Shown here: one piece after another, positions 51,647 to 64,000 of the stretch
How the letters are laid out: each line of letters starts with the position of its first letter
How positions within the stretch are numbered: the stretch's first letter is position 1
Assembly (NCBI RefSeq): GCF_031769215.1
Contig: NW_026782301.1
Span: 124,001 to 188,000, forward strand
Direction of reading: 5' to 3'
DNA length: 64,000 nt
Origin: Ylistrum balloti
Taxonomy: Eukaryota
The notes under the pieces: model-generated
The model's input: only the letters and a program-made list of their open reading frames with translations
Databases searched by the model: none
Told to the model about the DNA's origin: nothing
Position numbers and translations under genes: made by a program

Positions 51647-52579
51647 GCTTAAAGGGTCAATAAATTACAGTAAATAAACATGTGTAATCTATTATTATAC
51701 AGCATCTCAGTAAACCCTCTTCCGTCTTTCTAGTTTAATATCATTTTGTCAACGAAATGTCACTTCATCTAGTTATATCTACAATGAATAATTTTAAGAA
51801 AATATGAATAAATAAAAGCAAAACTAGTTCCAAACTTCTAACAATTATTAAGGTCAGGCAATCAATGAATATATGTAAACTAGTTCCACAATTAATTACT
51901 AAGGTAAGATCATTCAAAATGTAATAATGTTCAATACAGCATTTTTTTCAATAATGTATAGTATGTAATGGAACAGAAAATGAAGAATTCTTTGAAATAA
52001 TGAATTTTAAGTACTTGTACTGTATGAAAACCCAATAAACTTCCAACTGATTTTAACCATTAGTTATCATTTGTGTATAGATCTGGAGAATGAACTTGGT
52101 AGGTGTTAGGATCAAGTAGGTATCATAAATTTGTAAATATCTAGAATGAACTTGGTGAAAGAATCAAGTTGGGATAGGGGCCGGGAATGAGAACATGGTA
52201 GAACACGAATTAAACCATAACCTGAATCATCTGAATGATAAACTCCTATAGGTTACAATACGTCTCGTGTACATCTCTCACTGCCAGCCAACTGTAACAA
52301 CTGAGGACCGTGCATTTGGAGGTTTTGATTGCAAATTACAATCACTTGTCGCGCAAAATTTATTAACAAGGTCAAGGAAGTCTGCTCTATATAACACCGG
52401 TATGATAGTTACAAGATACCAACATGACTTAATACGTATAACCTTTCTTACGGGGAATAACAAAGTTTCAAAGTTGCCCTCTAACATTACAGAAGAAACC
52501 GGATGCTGACTAGCAGGCGCGGCAGTGCAGCTCCGTATACCACTGGTGACCCACCGTCCAAGCAAACACGACAACTTAC

Positions 52580-52767
52580 CTACAAAGACCACTATCGTGG
52601 CATCCTCCCCTGGAATCAATTTGTTACAGGAGAAAATACGTATATCCCTCTTCTTTTGTATAAAACACCAATCCGCATTCAAACTACAGTAACTTTAACG
52701 AACAGAGTGTGCATAGAATGGCTGCCACCCGATGTTAGTGTATACCTGATACAGGTGCGCCAACTGA
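52580..52767 (-). promoter_or_regulatory. Candidate TSS and non-coding first exon of the spectrin gene
   Basis: Initiator-like TCAGTT at 52767-52762 (- strand), strong donor TAG|GTAAGT at 52580/52579, and location just inside the CpG-rich zone. A non-coding upstream exon is required because the first coding exon begins at an acceptor. Other donor-like sites (e.g. CAG|gtaaat at 52845) make the boundaries uncertain. Confidence 0.45.
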
Positions 52768-53610
52768 AGCGACCTCTGGCGACAAACACGAACGCTATTC
52801 AGTGGGCGGTGCCCCAGTGCTATTTCAGCTACCGGTTTATTTACCTGTATAACTCACACACCTTGTTTCGGTTTTAAATGTACATTTCATCATACCGGGA
52901 CAGTTCACATACAACTTGCGTGCGACTCGGCAGATATTATCACAATGCCATGCGAGTTAACTATCTAATCGGACCGTATATCGCGACCATCTCTAAGTTG
53001 ACTGTGATATTCATGATATAGTCAGCCAAATAAGTCGGTCACGACGACTGTTTCGTGGTCTATCACCATTTGTAGATCATAATATATATGGCTTCATACA
53101 CATACAAATAGATATTACATACAAGTGTTTTGATTCCGTGGGTTTAAAAAAGACTCACTTTTCACTTGACAACCTTCATATTTTAAACGCGATCTGAGAT
53201 GATACCATGGACTTCTATATATCTATTCTAAGTTCGTGTTTATAGTCATAACAATATAAATCGAATTATGTGTGAAATCATTTCGCCGAGGAAAATTAGA
53301 GCACGGATATTATTTATATATTTCAACAGTGTACGATTTTTTGCTCCTAATTGTGGTTTTAATTTCAAACCAAACTTGCCTTTATAAAACACTTTTATTG
53401 AGCACAACAATCAAACGATTGAAAGTGGTTTGTGGTAGTATCTTACGCCCCTGTTTGTATTGACCATACACAAGAATCGAACTTATACACAACTGTCACA
53501 ACCATCTAGGGGCCTTATCGCAATGTTATCATTGAGAGTCGATGATAAAGTCAATAAATTAATAGGGTATATTCGATCATGGACTGACATCACATATCTG
53601 TCATCTCTCC

Positions 53611-53664
53611 TGGTACGTCATACGTGAACGCGGTCAGTCACTGGGAGCTCGAGGGATGGTAAGT
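53611..53664 (+). promoter_or_regulatory. Candidate promoter and short first exon of a divergent plus-strand transcript
   Basis: TACGTCA (CRE-like) and TACGTG at 53614-53626, Inr-like TCAGTC at 53634-53639, then GGGATG|GTAAGT donor at 53658/53659 in CpG-rich DNA. Confidence 0.3.
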
Positions 53665-53761
53665 AAAGGGGTGGTGCTGTCCACACACATGGTGGTCAGT
53701 GAACGGATGGACTAGGGTGGCAAACGCACAAAGAGTTAAGGGGTAGTATCAGATTGGTCAG

Positions 53762-56700
53762 AGTAAAGGGGAGGGGTAGGGATGGTTATATACTGATGTC
53801 TACACACAGTAAAGGGGAGGGATGGTTACATATTGATATCTACACACAGTAAAGGGGAGGGATGGTTACATATTGATGTCTACACACAGTAAAGGGGAGC
53901 GGGATAGGGATGGTTACATACTGATGTCTACACACAGTAAAGGGGAGGGATGGTTACATATTGATGTCTACACACAGTAAAGGGGAGGGATGGTTACATA
54001 TTGATGTCTACACACAGTAAATGGAAGGGGGATATGGATGGTTACATATTGATGTCTACACACAGTAAAGGGGAGGTATAGGGATGGTTACATATTGATG
54101 TCTACACAAAGTAAAAGAGGACGGGGATAAGGATGGTTACATATTGATGTCTACACACAGTAAAGGGAAGGGATAGGGATGGTTACATATTGATGTCTAC
54201 ACACAGTAAAGGGGAGGGGGATATGGATGGTTACATATTGATGTCTACACACAGTAAAGGGGAGGGATAGGGATGGTTACATACTGATGTCTACACACAG
54301 TAAAGGGGAGGGGATAGGGATGGTTACATACTGATGTCTACACACAGTAAAGGGGAGGGATAGGGATGGTTACTTATTGATGTCTACACACAGTAAAGGG
54401 GAGGTATAGGGATGGTTACATATTGATGTCTACACACAGTAAAGGGGAGGTATAGGGATGCTTACATATTGATGTCTACACACAGAAAACGGGAGGGGGA
54501 TATGGATGGTTATATATTGATATCTACACACAGTAAAGGGGAGGGGGATATGGATGGTTACATATTGATGTCTACACACAGTAAAGGGGAGGTATAGGGA
54601 TGGTTACATATTGATGTCTACACACAGTAAAGGGGAGGGGCATATGGATGGTTACATATTGATGTCTACACACAGTAAAGGGGAGGGATGGTTACATATT
54701 GATGTCTACACACAGTAAATGGAAGGGGGATATGGATGGTTACATATTGATGTGTACACACAGTAAAGGGGAGGTATAGGGATGGTTACATATTGATGTC
54801 TACACACAGTAAAGGGGAGGTATAGGGATGGTTACATATTGATGTCTACACACAGTAAAAGAGGAGGGGGATAAGGATGGTTACATATTGATGTCTACAC
54901 ACAGTAAAGGGAAGGGATAGGGATGGTTACATATTGATGTCTACACACAGTAAATGGAAGGGGGATATGGATGGTTACATATTGATGTCTACACACAGTA
55001 AAGGGGAGGTATAGGGATGGTTACATATTGATGTCTACACACAGTAAAGGGGAGGTATAGGGATGGTTACATATTGATGTCTACACACAGTAAACGGGAG
55101 GGGGATATGGATGGTTACATATTGATGTCTACACACAGTAAAGGGGAGGTATAGGGATGGTTACATATTGATGTCTACACACAGTAAAGGGGAGGGATAG
55201 GAATGGTTACATACTGATGTCTACACACAGTAAAGAAGAGGGGGATATGGATGGTTACATATTGATGTCTACATACAGTAAAGGGGAGGTATAGGGATGG
55301 TTACATATTGATGTCTACACACAGTAAAGGGGAGGGATGGTTACATATTGATGTCTACACACAGTAAATGGAAGGGGGATAGGGATGGTTACATATTGAT
55401 GTCTACACACAGTAAAGGGGAGGGGTAGGGATGGTTATATACTAATGTCTACACACACTAAAGGGGTGGGATAGGAATGGTTACATATTGATGTCTACAC
55501 ACAGTAAAGGGGAGGGGGATAGGGATGATTACATATTGATGTCTACACACAGTAAAGGGGAGGTATAGGGATGGTTACATACTGATGTCTACACACAGTA
55601 AAGAGGAGGGGGATATGGATGGTTACATATTGATGTCTACACACAGTAAAGGGGAGGGATAGGGATGGCTACATATTGATGTCTACACACAGTAAAGGGG
55701 AGGGGGATATGGATGGTTACATATTGATGTCTACACACAGTAAAAGAGGAGGGGGATAAGGATGGTTACATATTGATGTCTACACACAGTAAAGGGGAGG
55801 GGGATATGGATGGTTACATATTGATGTCTACACACAGTAAAGGGGAGGGGGATATGGATGGTTACATATTGATGTCTACACACAGTAAAGGGGAGGTATA
55901 GGGATGATTACATATTGATGTCTACACACAGTAAAGGGGAGGGATAGGGATGGTTACATATTGATGTCTACACACAGTAAAGGTGAGGGGGATATGGATG
56001 GTTACATATTGATGTCTACACACAGTAAAGGGGAGGTATAGGGATGGTTACATATTGATGTCTACACACAGTAAAGGGGAGGGATGGTTACATATTGATG
56101 TCTACACACAGTAAAGGGGAGGGATGGTTACATATTGATGTCTACACACAGTAAATGGAAGGGGGATAGGGATGGTTACACATTGATGTCTACACACAGT
56201 AAAGGGGAGGGGTAGGGATGGTTATATACTAATGTCTACACACACTAAAGGGGTGGGATATGGATGGTTACATATTGATGTCTACACACAGTAAAGGGGA
56301 GGGGGATAGGGATGATTACATATTGATGTCTACACACAGTAAAGGGGAGGTATAGGGATGGTTACATACTGATGTCTACACACAGTAAAGGGGAGGGGGA
56401 TATGGATGGTTACATATTGATGTCTACACACAGTAAAGGGGAGGGATAGGGATGGCTACATATTGATGTCTACACACAGTAAAGGGGAGGGGATAGGGAT
56501 GGTTACATACTGATGTCTACACACAGTAAAGGGGAGGGATAGGGATGGTTACATACTGATGTGTACACACAGTAAAGGGGAGGTATAGGGATGGTTACAT
56601 ATTGATGTCTACACACAGTAAAGGGGAGGAATGGTTATATATTGATGTCTACACACAGTAAAGGGGAGGGATGGTTACATATTGATGTCTACACACAGTA

Positions 56701-57450
56701 AATGGAAGGGGGATAGGGATGGTTACATATTGATGTCTACACACAGTAAAGGGGAGGGGTAGGGATGGTTATATACTAATGTCTACACACAGTAAAGGGG
56801 AGGGATGGTTACATATTGATGTCTACACACAGTAAATGGAAGGGGGATAGGGATGGTTACATATTGATGTCTACACACAGTAAAGGGGAGGGGTAGGGAT
56901 GGTTATATACTAATGTCTACACACACTAAAGGGGTGGGATATGGGTGGTTACATATTGATGTCTACACACAGTAAAGGGGAGGGATAGGGATGGTTACAT
57001 ATTGATGTCTACACACAGTAAAGGGGAGGGGTAGGGATGGTTACATATTGATGTCTACACACAGTAAAGGGGAGGAATGGTTATATATTGATGTCTACAC
57101 ACAGTAAAGGGGAGGGATGGTTACATATTGATGTCTACACACAGTAAATGGAAGGGGGATAGGGATGGTTACATATTGATGTCTACACACAGTAAAGGGG
57201 AGGGGTAGGGATGGTTATATACTAATGTCTACACACACTAAAGGGGTGGGATATGGGTGGTTACATATTGATGTCTACACACAGTAAAGGGGAGGGATAG
57301 GGATGGTTACATATTGATGTCTACACACAGTAAAGGGGAGGGGTAGGGATGGTTACATATTGATGTCTACACACAGTAAAGGGGAGGGGGATAAGGATGG
57401 TTACATATTGATGTCTACACACAGTAAAAGGGGAGGGGATTAGGATGGCT
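53762..57450. repeat. ~39-48-bp G-tract minisatellite, ~80 copies
   Basis: Constant gatggttacatattgatgtctacacacagtaaa plus a variable purine/G-run segment (ggggagggggatagg). Confidence 0.97.
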
Positions 57451-58435
57451 ACAGGTCACATCTTTGTAATATCCACTGATAAGAAACCTGAATCCAGAGA
57501 CGTATCGCGACAACTGGGTATGATGGAATCATAAAGAAATGAATGCCTACAAATATTTATACCTGTGTCCGGAGCACAGGAGAATTAAGAAGGGTTGACA
57601 CCTCAACCTACAACACATAAAATACAGGGGTCATTTACACAGCGGAGAAGGGAGAAACCCGATTACAGGTGAACATAGACCAGTATACGAGTGAAGTTAC
57701 CACGCAACTGACAACGATCTAGAGCAGGGATGTATAATAATATCTATCAATACGTCATTGTCTAGAGGAACCTCCACAAACTTGCCATATGACATAAAAA
57801 GGTCGATCTAAACACAGACATTTTGTGTCAGTTCTGTCTTCAGACTACACACGTCCCTCGCGGATACGTAGTCATAATGTATGTAATTATCATCAGGCGA
57901 GAGTGACATCCACATACCATCATCGTGCTGGGTGACGAGGTGTTGTAGAATGTGTGCCCGGGGGGTCGGGACGTCACGGACGTAATTAACATCAACACCT
58001 CAGACAGATGTTTTGATATATGATTGTTGATCACCATACAGTTAAATAAAGACAACGTGGTGACCGTGTTGGGGTTCAATATTCAGCGTCTTCCTCAAGA
58101 CATATACACGTCTCTGAAAAGTAACACGAAAGATTCCCATGTATTTGAGGATACGTGTGGAGAGTAGGGACAAGTGATGTATTATACGTTGGTATGAGGA
58201 CTTTGCGTTATATTTTTCATTCCTGTACACGATTTCATCACGTGTGGTGATATTTTATAATAAGTGAATTATTTACGAATCAATACAAAAAATACCCCAC
58301 AACAAATTATTCGAAGTCTCGAGTATCAAAGTTTTATGCTTGTCCATTGAACTTCGAAACATCGAAGTTTCACTGTATATCGGTGCGTCTTTATTAAAAA
58401 AAAATAGACTCGCGAACGATATAAAAGTCCTAGAT

Positions 58436-60506
58436 AACATGTAGGTCTATCTACCGGTAATGTTGCGTCATACTCCGCTGTCTTATTGGTGAGGACATGT
58501 AGGTCTATCTACCGGTAAATGTTACGTCATACTCCGCTGTCTTATTGGTGATGACATGTCGGTCTATCTACCGGTTAATGTTACGTCATACTCCGCTGTC
58601 TTATTGGTGATGACATGTAGGTCTATCTACCGGTAAATGTTACGTCATACTCCGCTGTCTTATTGGTGAGGACATGTAGGTCTATCTACCGGTAAATGTT
58701 TCGTCATACTCCGCTGTCTTATTGGTGAGGACATGTAGGTCTATCTACCGGTAAATGTTTCGTCATACTCCGCTGTCTTATTGGTGATGACATGTAGGTC
58801 TATCTACCGGTAAATGTTTCGTCATACTCCGCTGTCTTATTGGTGATGACATGTAGGTCTATCTACCGGTAAATGTTTCGTCATACTCCGCTGTCTTATT
58901 AGTGATGACACGTAGGTCTATCTAACGGTAAATGTTGCGTCATAAATGTCTTATTAGTGTGTAGGTCTATCGGTAAATACTATCTACCGGTAAATGTTGG
59001 TCATACTCCGCTGTCTTATTAGTGAGGACATGTAGGTCTATCTACCGGTAAATGTTACGTCATACTCCGCTGTCTTATTGGTGAGGACATGTAGGTCTAT
59101 CTACCGGTAAATGTTACGTCATACTCCGCTGTCTTATTGGTGATGACATGTAGGTCTATCTACCGGTAAATGTTGTCATACTCCGCTGTCTTATAGGTCT
59201 ATCCGCTGTCTTATTGATGTGAGGACGGTAAATGTTTGTAGGTCTATCTACCGGTTAATGTTTCGTCATACTCCGCTGTCTTATTGGTGAGGACATGTAG
59301 GTCTATCTACCGGTAAATGTTTCGTCATACTCCGCTATCTTATTGGTGATGACATGTAGGATGACTAGGTCTACCGGTAAATGTTGCGTCATACTCCGCT
59401 GTCTTATTGGTGATGACATGTAGGTCTATCTACCGGTAAATGTTACGTCATACTCCGCTGTCTTATTGGTGAGGACATGTAGGTCTATCTACCGGTAAAT
59501 GTTGCGTCATACTCCGCTGTCTTATTAGTGAGGACATGTAGGTCTATCTACCGGTAAATGTTGCGTCATACTCCGCTGTCTTATTAGTGAGGACATGTAG
59601 GTCTATCTATCGGTAAATGTTGCGTCATACTCCGCTGTCTTATTGGTGATGACATGTAGGTCTATCTACCGGTAAATGTTACGTCATACTCCGCTGTCTT
59701 ATTGGTGAGGACATGTAGGTCTATCTACCGGTAAATGTTGCGTCATACTCCGCTGTCTTATTGGTGATGACATGTACTATCTACCGGTAAATCATACCCC
59801 GCTGTCTTATTGGTGATGACATGTAGGTCTATCTACCGGTAAATGTTGCGTCATACTCCGCTGTCTTATTGGTGATGACATGTAGGTCTATCTACCGGTA
59901 AATGTTGCGTCATACCCCGCTGTCTTATTGGTGATGACATGTAGGTCTATCTACCGGTAAATGTTGCGTCATACTCCGCTGTCTTATTAGTGAGGACACG
60001 TAGGTCTATCTAACGGTAAATGTTGCGGCATACTCCGCTGTCTTATTAGTGAGGACATGTAGGTCTATCTACCGGTTAAGGTTACGTCATACTCCGCTGT
60101 CTTATTGGTGAGGACATGTAGGTCTATCTACCGGTAAATGTTGCGTCATACTCCGCTGTCTTATTGGTGATGACATGTAGGTCTATCTTCCGGTAAATGT
60201 TGCGTCATACTCCGCTGTCTTATTGGTGATGACATGTAGGTCTATCCGCTGTCTTATTGGTGATGACATGTAGGTCTATCTACCGGTAAATGTTGCGTCA
60301 TACTCCGCTGTCTTATTGGTGATGACATGTAGGTCTATCTACCGGTTAATGTTACGTCATACTCCGCTGTCTTATTAGTTAGGACATGTAGGTCTATCTA
60401 CCGGTAAATGTTACGTCATACTCCGCTGTCTTATTAGTGAGGACATGTAGGTCTATCTACCGGTAAATGTTACGTCATACTCCGCTGTCTTATTAGTGAG
60501 GACATG
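58436..60506. repeat. 59-bp minisatellite, ~35 copies, with several scrambled units
   Basis: gacatgtaggtctatctaccggtaaatgtt(g/a/t)cgtcatactccgctgtcttattggtga(t/g). Confidence 0.96.
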
Positions 60507-60623
60507 TTGACATGTATTGGGATCACCTATTTAGACATCAAATTGATGTTTACAAATGACACAGAATGCAGAGTTGATTTATACAGTAGAGCACCAAACG
60601 ACGAACTAAACTTACTTAGGATA

Positions 60624-60665
60624 CATCGTTCGGCCGTTTTGTCTTTCTAGGACTCGTCAGCGATG
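60624..60665 (-). ncRNA. Degenerate minimal type I hammerhead ribozyme (Penelope-like pLTR type)
   Basis: Minus strand CATCG-CTGACGA-GTC-ctagaaa-GAC-AAAA-CGGCCG-AA-CGATG: stem I CATCG/CGATG, core CUGACGA, stem II GTC/GAC, palindromic stem III CGGCCG. Two core changes (GAAA>AAAA; GUH>GAA). Confidence 0.6.
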
Positions 60666-62121
60666 ATAAAGGTCTAATTCAAGTTTTAAAGAAAATCAGA
60701 TAGGTCTTGCTATCAGTCAAAAAAGATATGTTCTGGCGGCAAAATTGAAGAAAGAATTTTGATACAGAAGCTTTTCACGGCCTTCCAAACCTAGGTTTTG
60801 CTGCCATCTCACAGATACCGGATTCCGACCGTATACAGCTGTTAAGAGACGACCTATTCATGTCCAACGAACCCCCAAAATTATAGTGTGGCATAACCAT
60901 TTAAGAGCGTGTATGGTACGGTACATATGTACCTTTTGATATATGTAATACGTACTTTCCACGGTTAATTAGGACATCGATCTATCATAGGTAAGTATTG
61001 TTTTACCTGTACTTACATGAAATATAAAGACATTTATAGTATACATTTATGTACTTTTATTTTCTTCCCGGAATACACGACATTTTCACGTAGATTTGAA
61101 GAAACTGAGACTTGTTCGAGTTGTCGGTATAACCTACTGACTTCCGTATTCATTCACCATAATCTTAACATAATAGATATCACCCATGGTCTTCGTTTAT
61201 ACACATAACACAACAGTTTCATTCCTTTTCAAGTCGAATTTCATTTGAATAGTGAGGTTGAAATATATCAGGTTGCTCGATTTTCTACTAGGCCGAGGGT
61301 TCCAATGGGGTATTTTTTGTCACGAGAAGTAATTTAAAACAAAACAAAACACACACACACACAATCCTGATATATTTCAAAGCTCTATGTTGGTCTATGG
61401 AAAATATTTCTAAATCGCCGACATCGTTCAAAAAAGGAATTTATAGAAACCAGTGAAGTAAAAACCTGCCGACATTGCCCACAGTGATGTCCGGTTTGTA
61501 CCCCATCCCGTACACAGATCAGGCTTGGAGGAGGAGGACATCATTGTGATAGCTCCCCGGACCTTCATATGATATTACATTTTCTTATCGAGGCTACATC
61601 CGGGTCATTATCCCTTATCGGGGTGGGGGGGGGGGGGCGCATTCTCTGGCAATGATGTTGTTAACGGAAAGGGACACCCAACCCCAGTGAGGAGACTGGC
61701 TGGTAGTAGCTAAGTTCTTGCGCCAGCTTATCTTCCAAAAGAGACTAGGTTTACAAAGCAAATTTTTATTTATGATCTTAATAATCTGGAAACAGAGACA
61801 AGCTTACATAGCTGAGCATTACCTAGTGTTTGGATTGCATTAGCGTTTTTCTGAAAACAGTCACGTCCATACGAACCGGACACGCCCATTTACACCACAA
61901 CACATTGGCTACTATAACTCGAGAATACCTGGTAGGCTCTTTGTTTAAAGCACGCCACATGAAGACTCAGTCATACGGATGGTAGGAAGTTCAAGTAATT
62001 ATTAATCTTAAGCATTGTGTTGTATCGGGTTTATATACATGTAGGTAAATATATAGATGCTTCTTTCGTTCGTGTACCCACTGTATACTCATGTAAGGTT
62101 TTCACACCTGGAATATGCTTA

Positions 62122-62741
62122 GGTAAGATTGACACACCTGGTACATACATAGGTAAGATTGACACACCTGGTACATACATAGGTAAGATTGACACACCTG
62201 GTACATACATAGGTAAGATTGATACACCTGGTACATACATAAGTAAGATTGACATACCTGGTACATACATAAGTAAGATTGATACACCTGGTACATACAT
62301 AGTAAGATTGACACACCTGTACATACATAGGTAAGATTGACACACCTGGTACATACATAAGTAAGATTGACACACCTGGTACATACATAAGTAAGATTGA
62401 CACACCTGGTACATACATAGTAAGATTGATACACCTGGTACATACATAAATAAGATTGATAAACCTGGTACATACATAAGTAAGATTGATACACCTGGTA
62501 CATACATAAGTAAGATTGATACACCTGGTACATACATAATTAAGATTGATACACCTTTTACATACATAGTAAGATTGACACACCTGGTACATACATAAGT
62601 AAGATTGATACACCTGGTACATTCATAAGTAAGATTGATATACCTGGTACATACATAAGTAAGATTGATATACCTGGTACATACATATGTAAAATTGACA
62701 CACCTGGTACATGGTTACGTAAGATTGATACACCTGGTACA
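62122..62741. repeat. 29-30-bp minisatellite, ~21 copies
   Basis: gtaagattga(c/t)acacctggtacatacata(g/a). Confidence 0.95.
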
Positions 62742-63616
62742 AGCTTATGTAACGTCGACAAATTTGCTTAGGTGGTAATAAAAAATTTACGAATGACAGC
62801 GTCGTGTTGATAAACTGTCACATGTTCAGCTGTAAGGTTTGTAGATACGTGTTATTGTTTGACTCTAAATCTCGCTTCCTTTAATTCATTTTTGAAGACG
62901 GATGTGTTGCCCTGGGGACGAGGTCTGCCCTTCATTAAGTCAATAACGTTTAGCTCTTCACTTTGACAGATTGAGATGGACGTGTTTACTCGATAGTCAA
63001 CATTGTATGGATGTTATTTACAAAATTTCAGCGAGATTACAAAACACCTTTAGCAAGAACGGAGGCAACATTTTATAATGGTTTAGCGACTACAACTTAT
63101 GTGTACAGTGCGAAACGGTCGTTCCGCGGCTGGACGTTACATTCCGCAAAACAAAGTATTGTGCAGTGTCACAACCGATCAGAGCATCCTTGGTTAGTTT
63201 ATTTGGTTGATTTTGAATAACATCTCTCAACTGTAGGTCTGTTCCTAACTTCTCAAGTCGCCAATGATAAGTGTACAAGAGTTCCGTCCCCTTCTACGGA
63301 GCGAAACTTCACTTTAACGTGCGAAAATGACGAGGAAAAATGTATCATTTAGTCATTAATGCTAAGAAGAAATATAATTTCCTTTTCCTTTCATATAAAA
63401 CAAAGTATATAATAAATTTCTTTCGTAATAGATATGTATTTACAGCGAGCGTAGCGATTTTTGATGAGTACCCAGTCAGAAATATAGGGGTTGGCGGGGT
63501 ACCTTGGCATTTCTAGCCGATCTGAACACAAACTTGAAAAACTGTTGTTAGCAATGCCGTATTTGATATAATATTTGGTTCAATGATATCATGATGAATA
63601 TCTATTATTCAGAAAC

Positions 63617-64000
63617 TGTTATCAATATCTATACCCAGTGATGTACAGAAATAGTTATCAATATCTATACCCACTGATATACAGTAATAGTTATCAATAT
63701 CTATACCCACTGATATACAGTAATAGTTATCTATACCCACTGATATACAGTAATAGTTATCAATATCCATACCCACTGATATACAGTAATAGTTATCTAT
63801 ACCCACTGATAAACAGTAATAGTTATCAATATCTATACCCACTGATATACAGTAATAGTTATCAATATCTATACCCACTGATATACAGTAATAGTTATCA
63901 ATATCTATACCCACTGATATACAGTAATAGTTATCAATATCTATACCCACTGATATACAGTAATAGTTATCTATATCTATACCCACTGATATACAGTAAT
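63617..64000. repeat. 30/36-bp minisatellite, runs off the window edge
   Basis: cccactgatatacagtaatagttat(caatat)ctata. Confidence 0.95.

Noticed and set aside
52278-52877. Three overlapping ORFs of 80-134 aa in the CpG-rich zone
   Set aside because: No recognisable domain; higher GC lowers stop frequency, and promoter/5'UTR is the better explanation

Overview
AT-rich animal genomic DNA, most likely a bivalve mollusc (inferred from pearl/HINE-like elements and very high minisatellite density). Most of the window is the 5' part of a beta-heavy spectrin gene (karst/sma-1/SPTBN5 type) on the minus strand. I traced 19 coding exons by hand (29423 down to 3110; 2553 nt, 851 codons). All have GT-AG boundaries and consistent phases, and they encode CH1-CH2, the first spectrin repeats and the start of the SH3 domain; the gene must continue beyond the left edge. 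The 3' part of a rhodopsin-class GPCR ORF (1-612, + strand) therefore appears nested antisense in a spectrin intron. About 19 kb (~30%) of the window is unrelated minisatellites of 17-59 bp units. Several start exactly at 5' splice sites and/or carry AG|GT in every unit on the transcribed strand. Also present: two pearl/HINE-like elements with 156-bp cores, a switch from CpG-poor to CpG-rich sequence near 52.3 kb (candidate promoter, possibly bidirectional), and a degenerate minimal hammerhead ribozyme near 60.6 kb. No rRNA, tRNA or CRISPR array is supportable. Most long ORFs in the supplied track are repeat artefacts.
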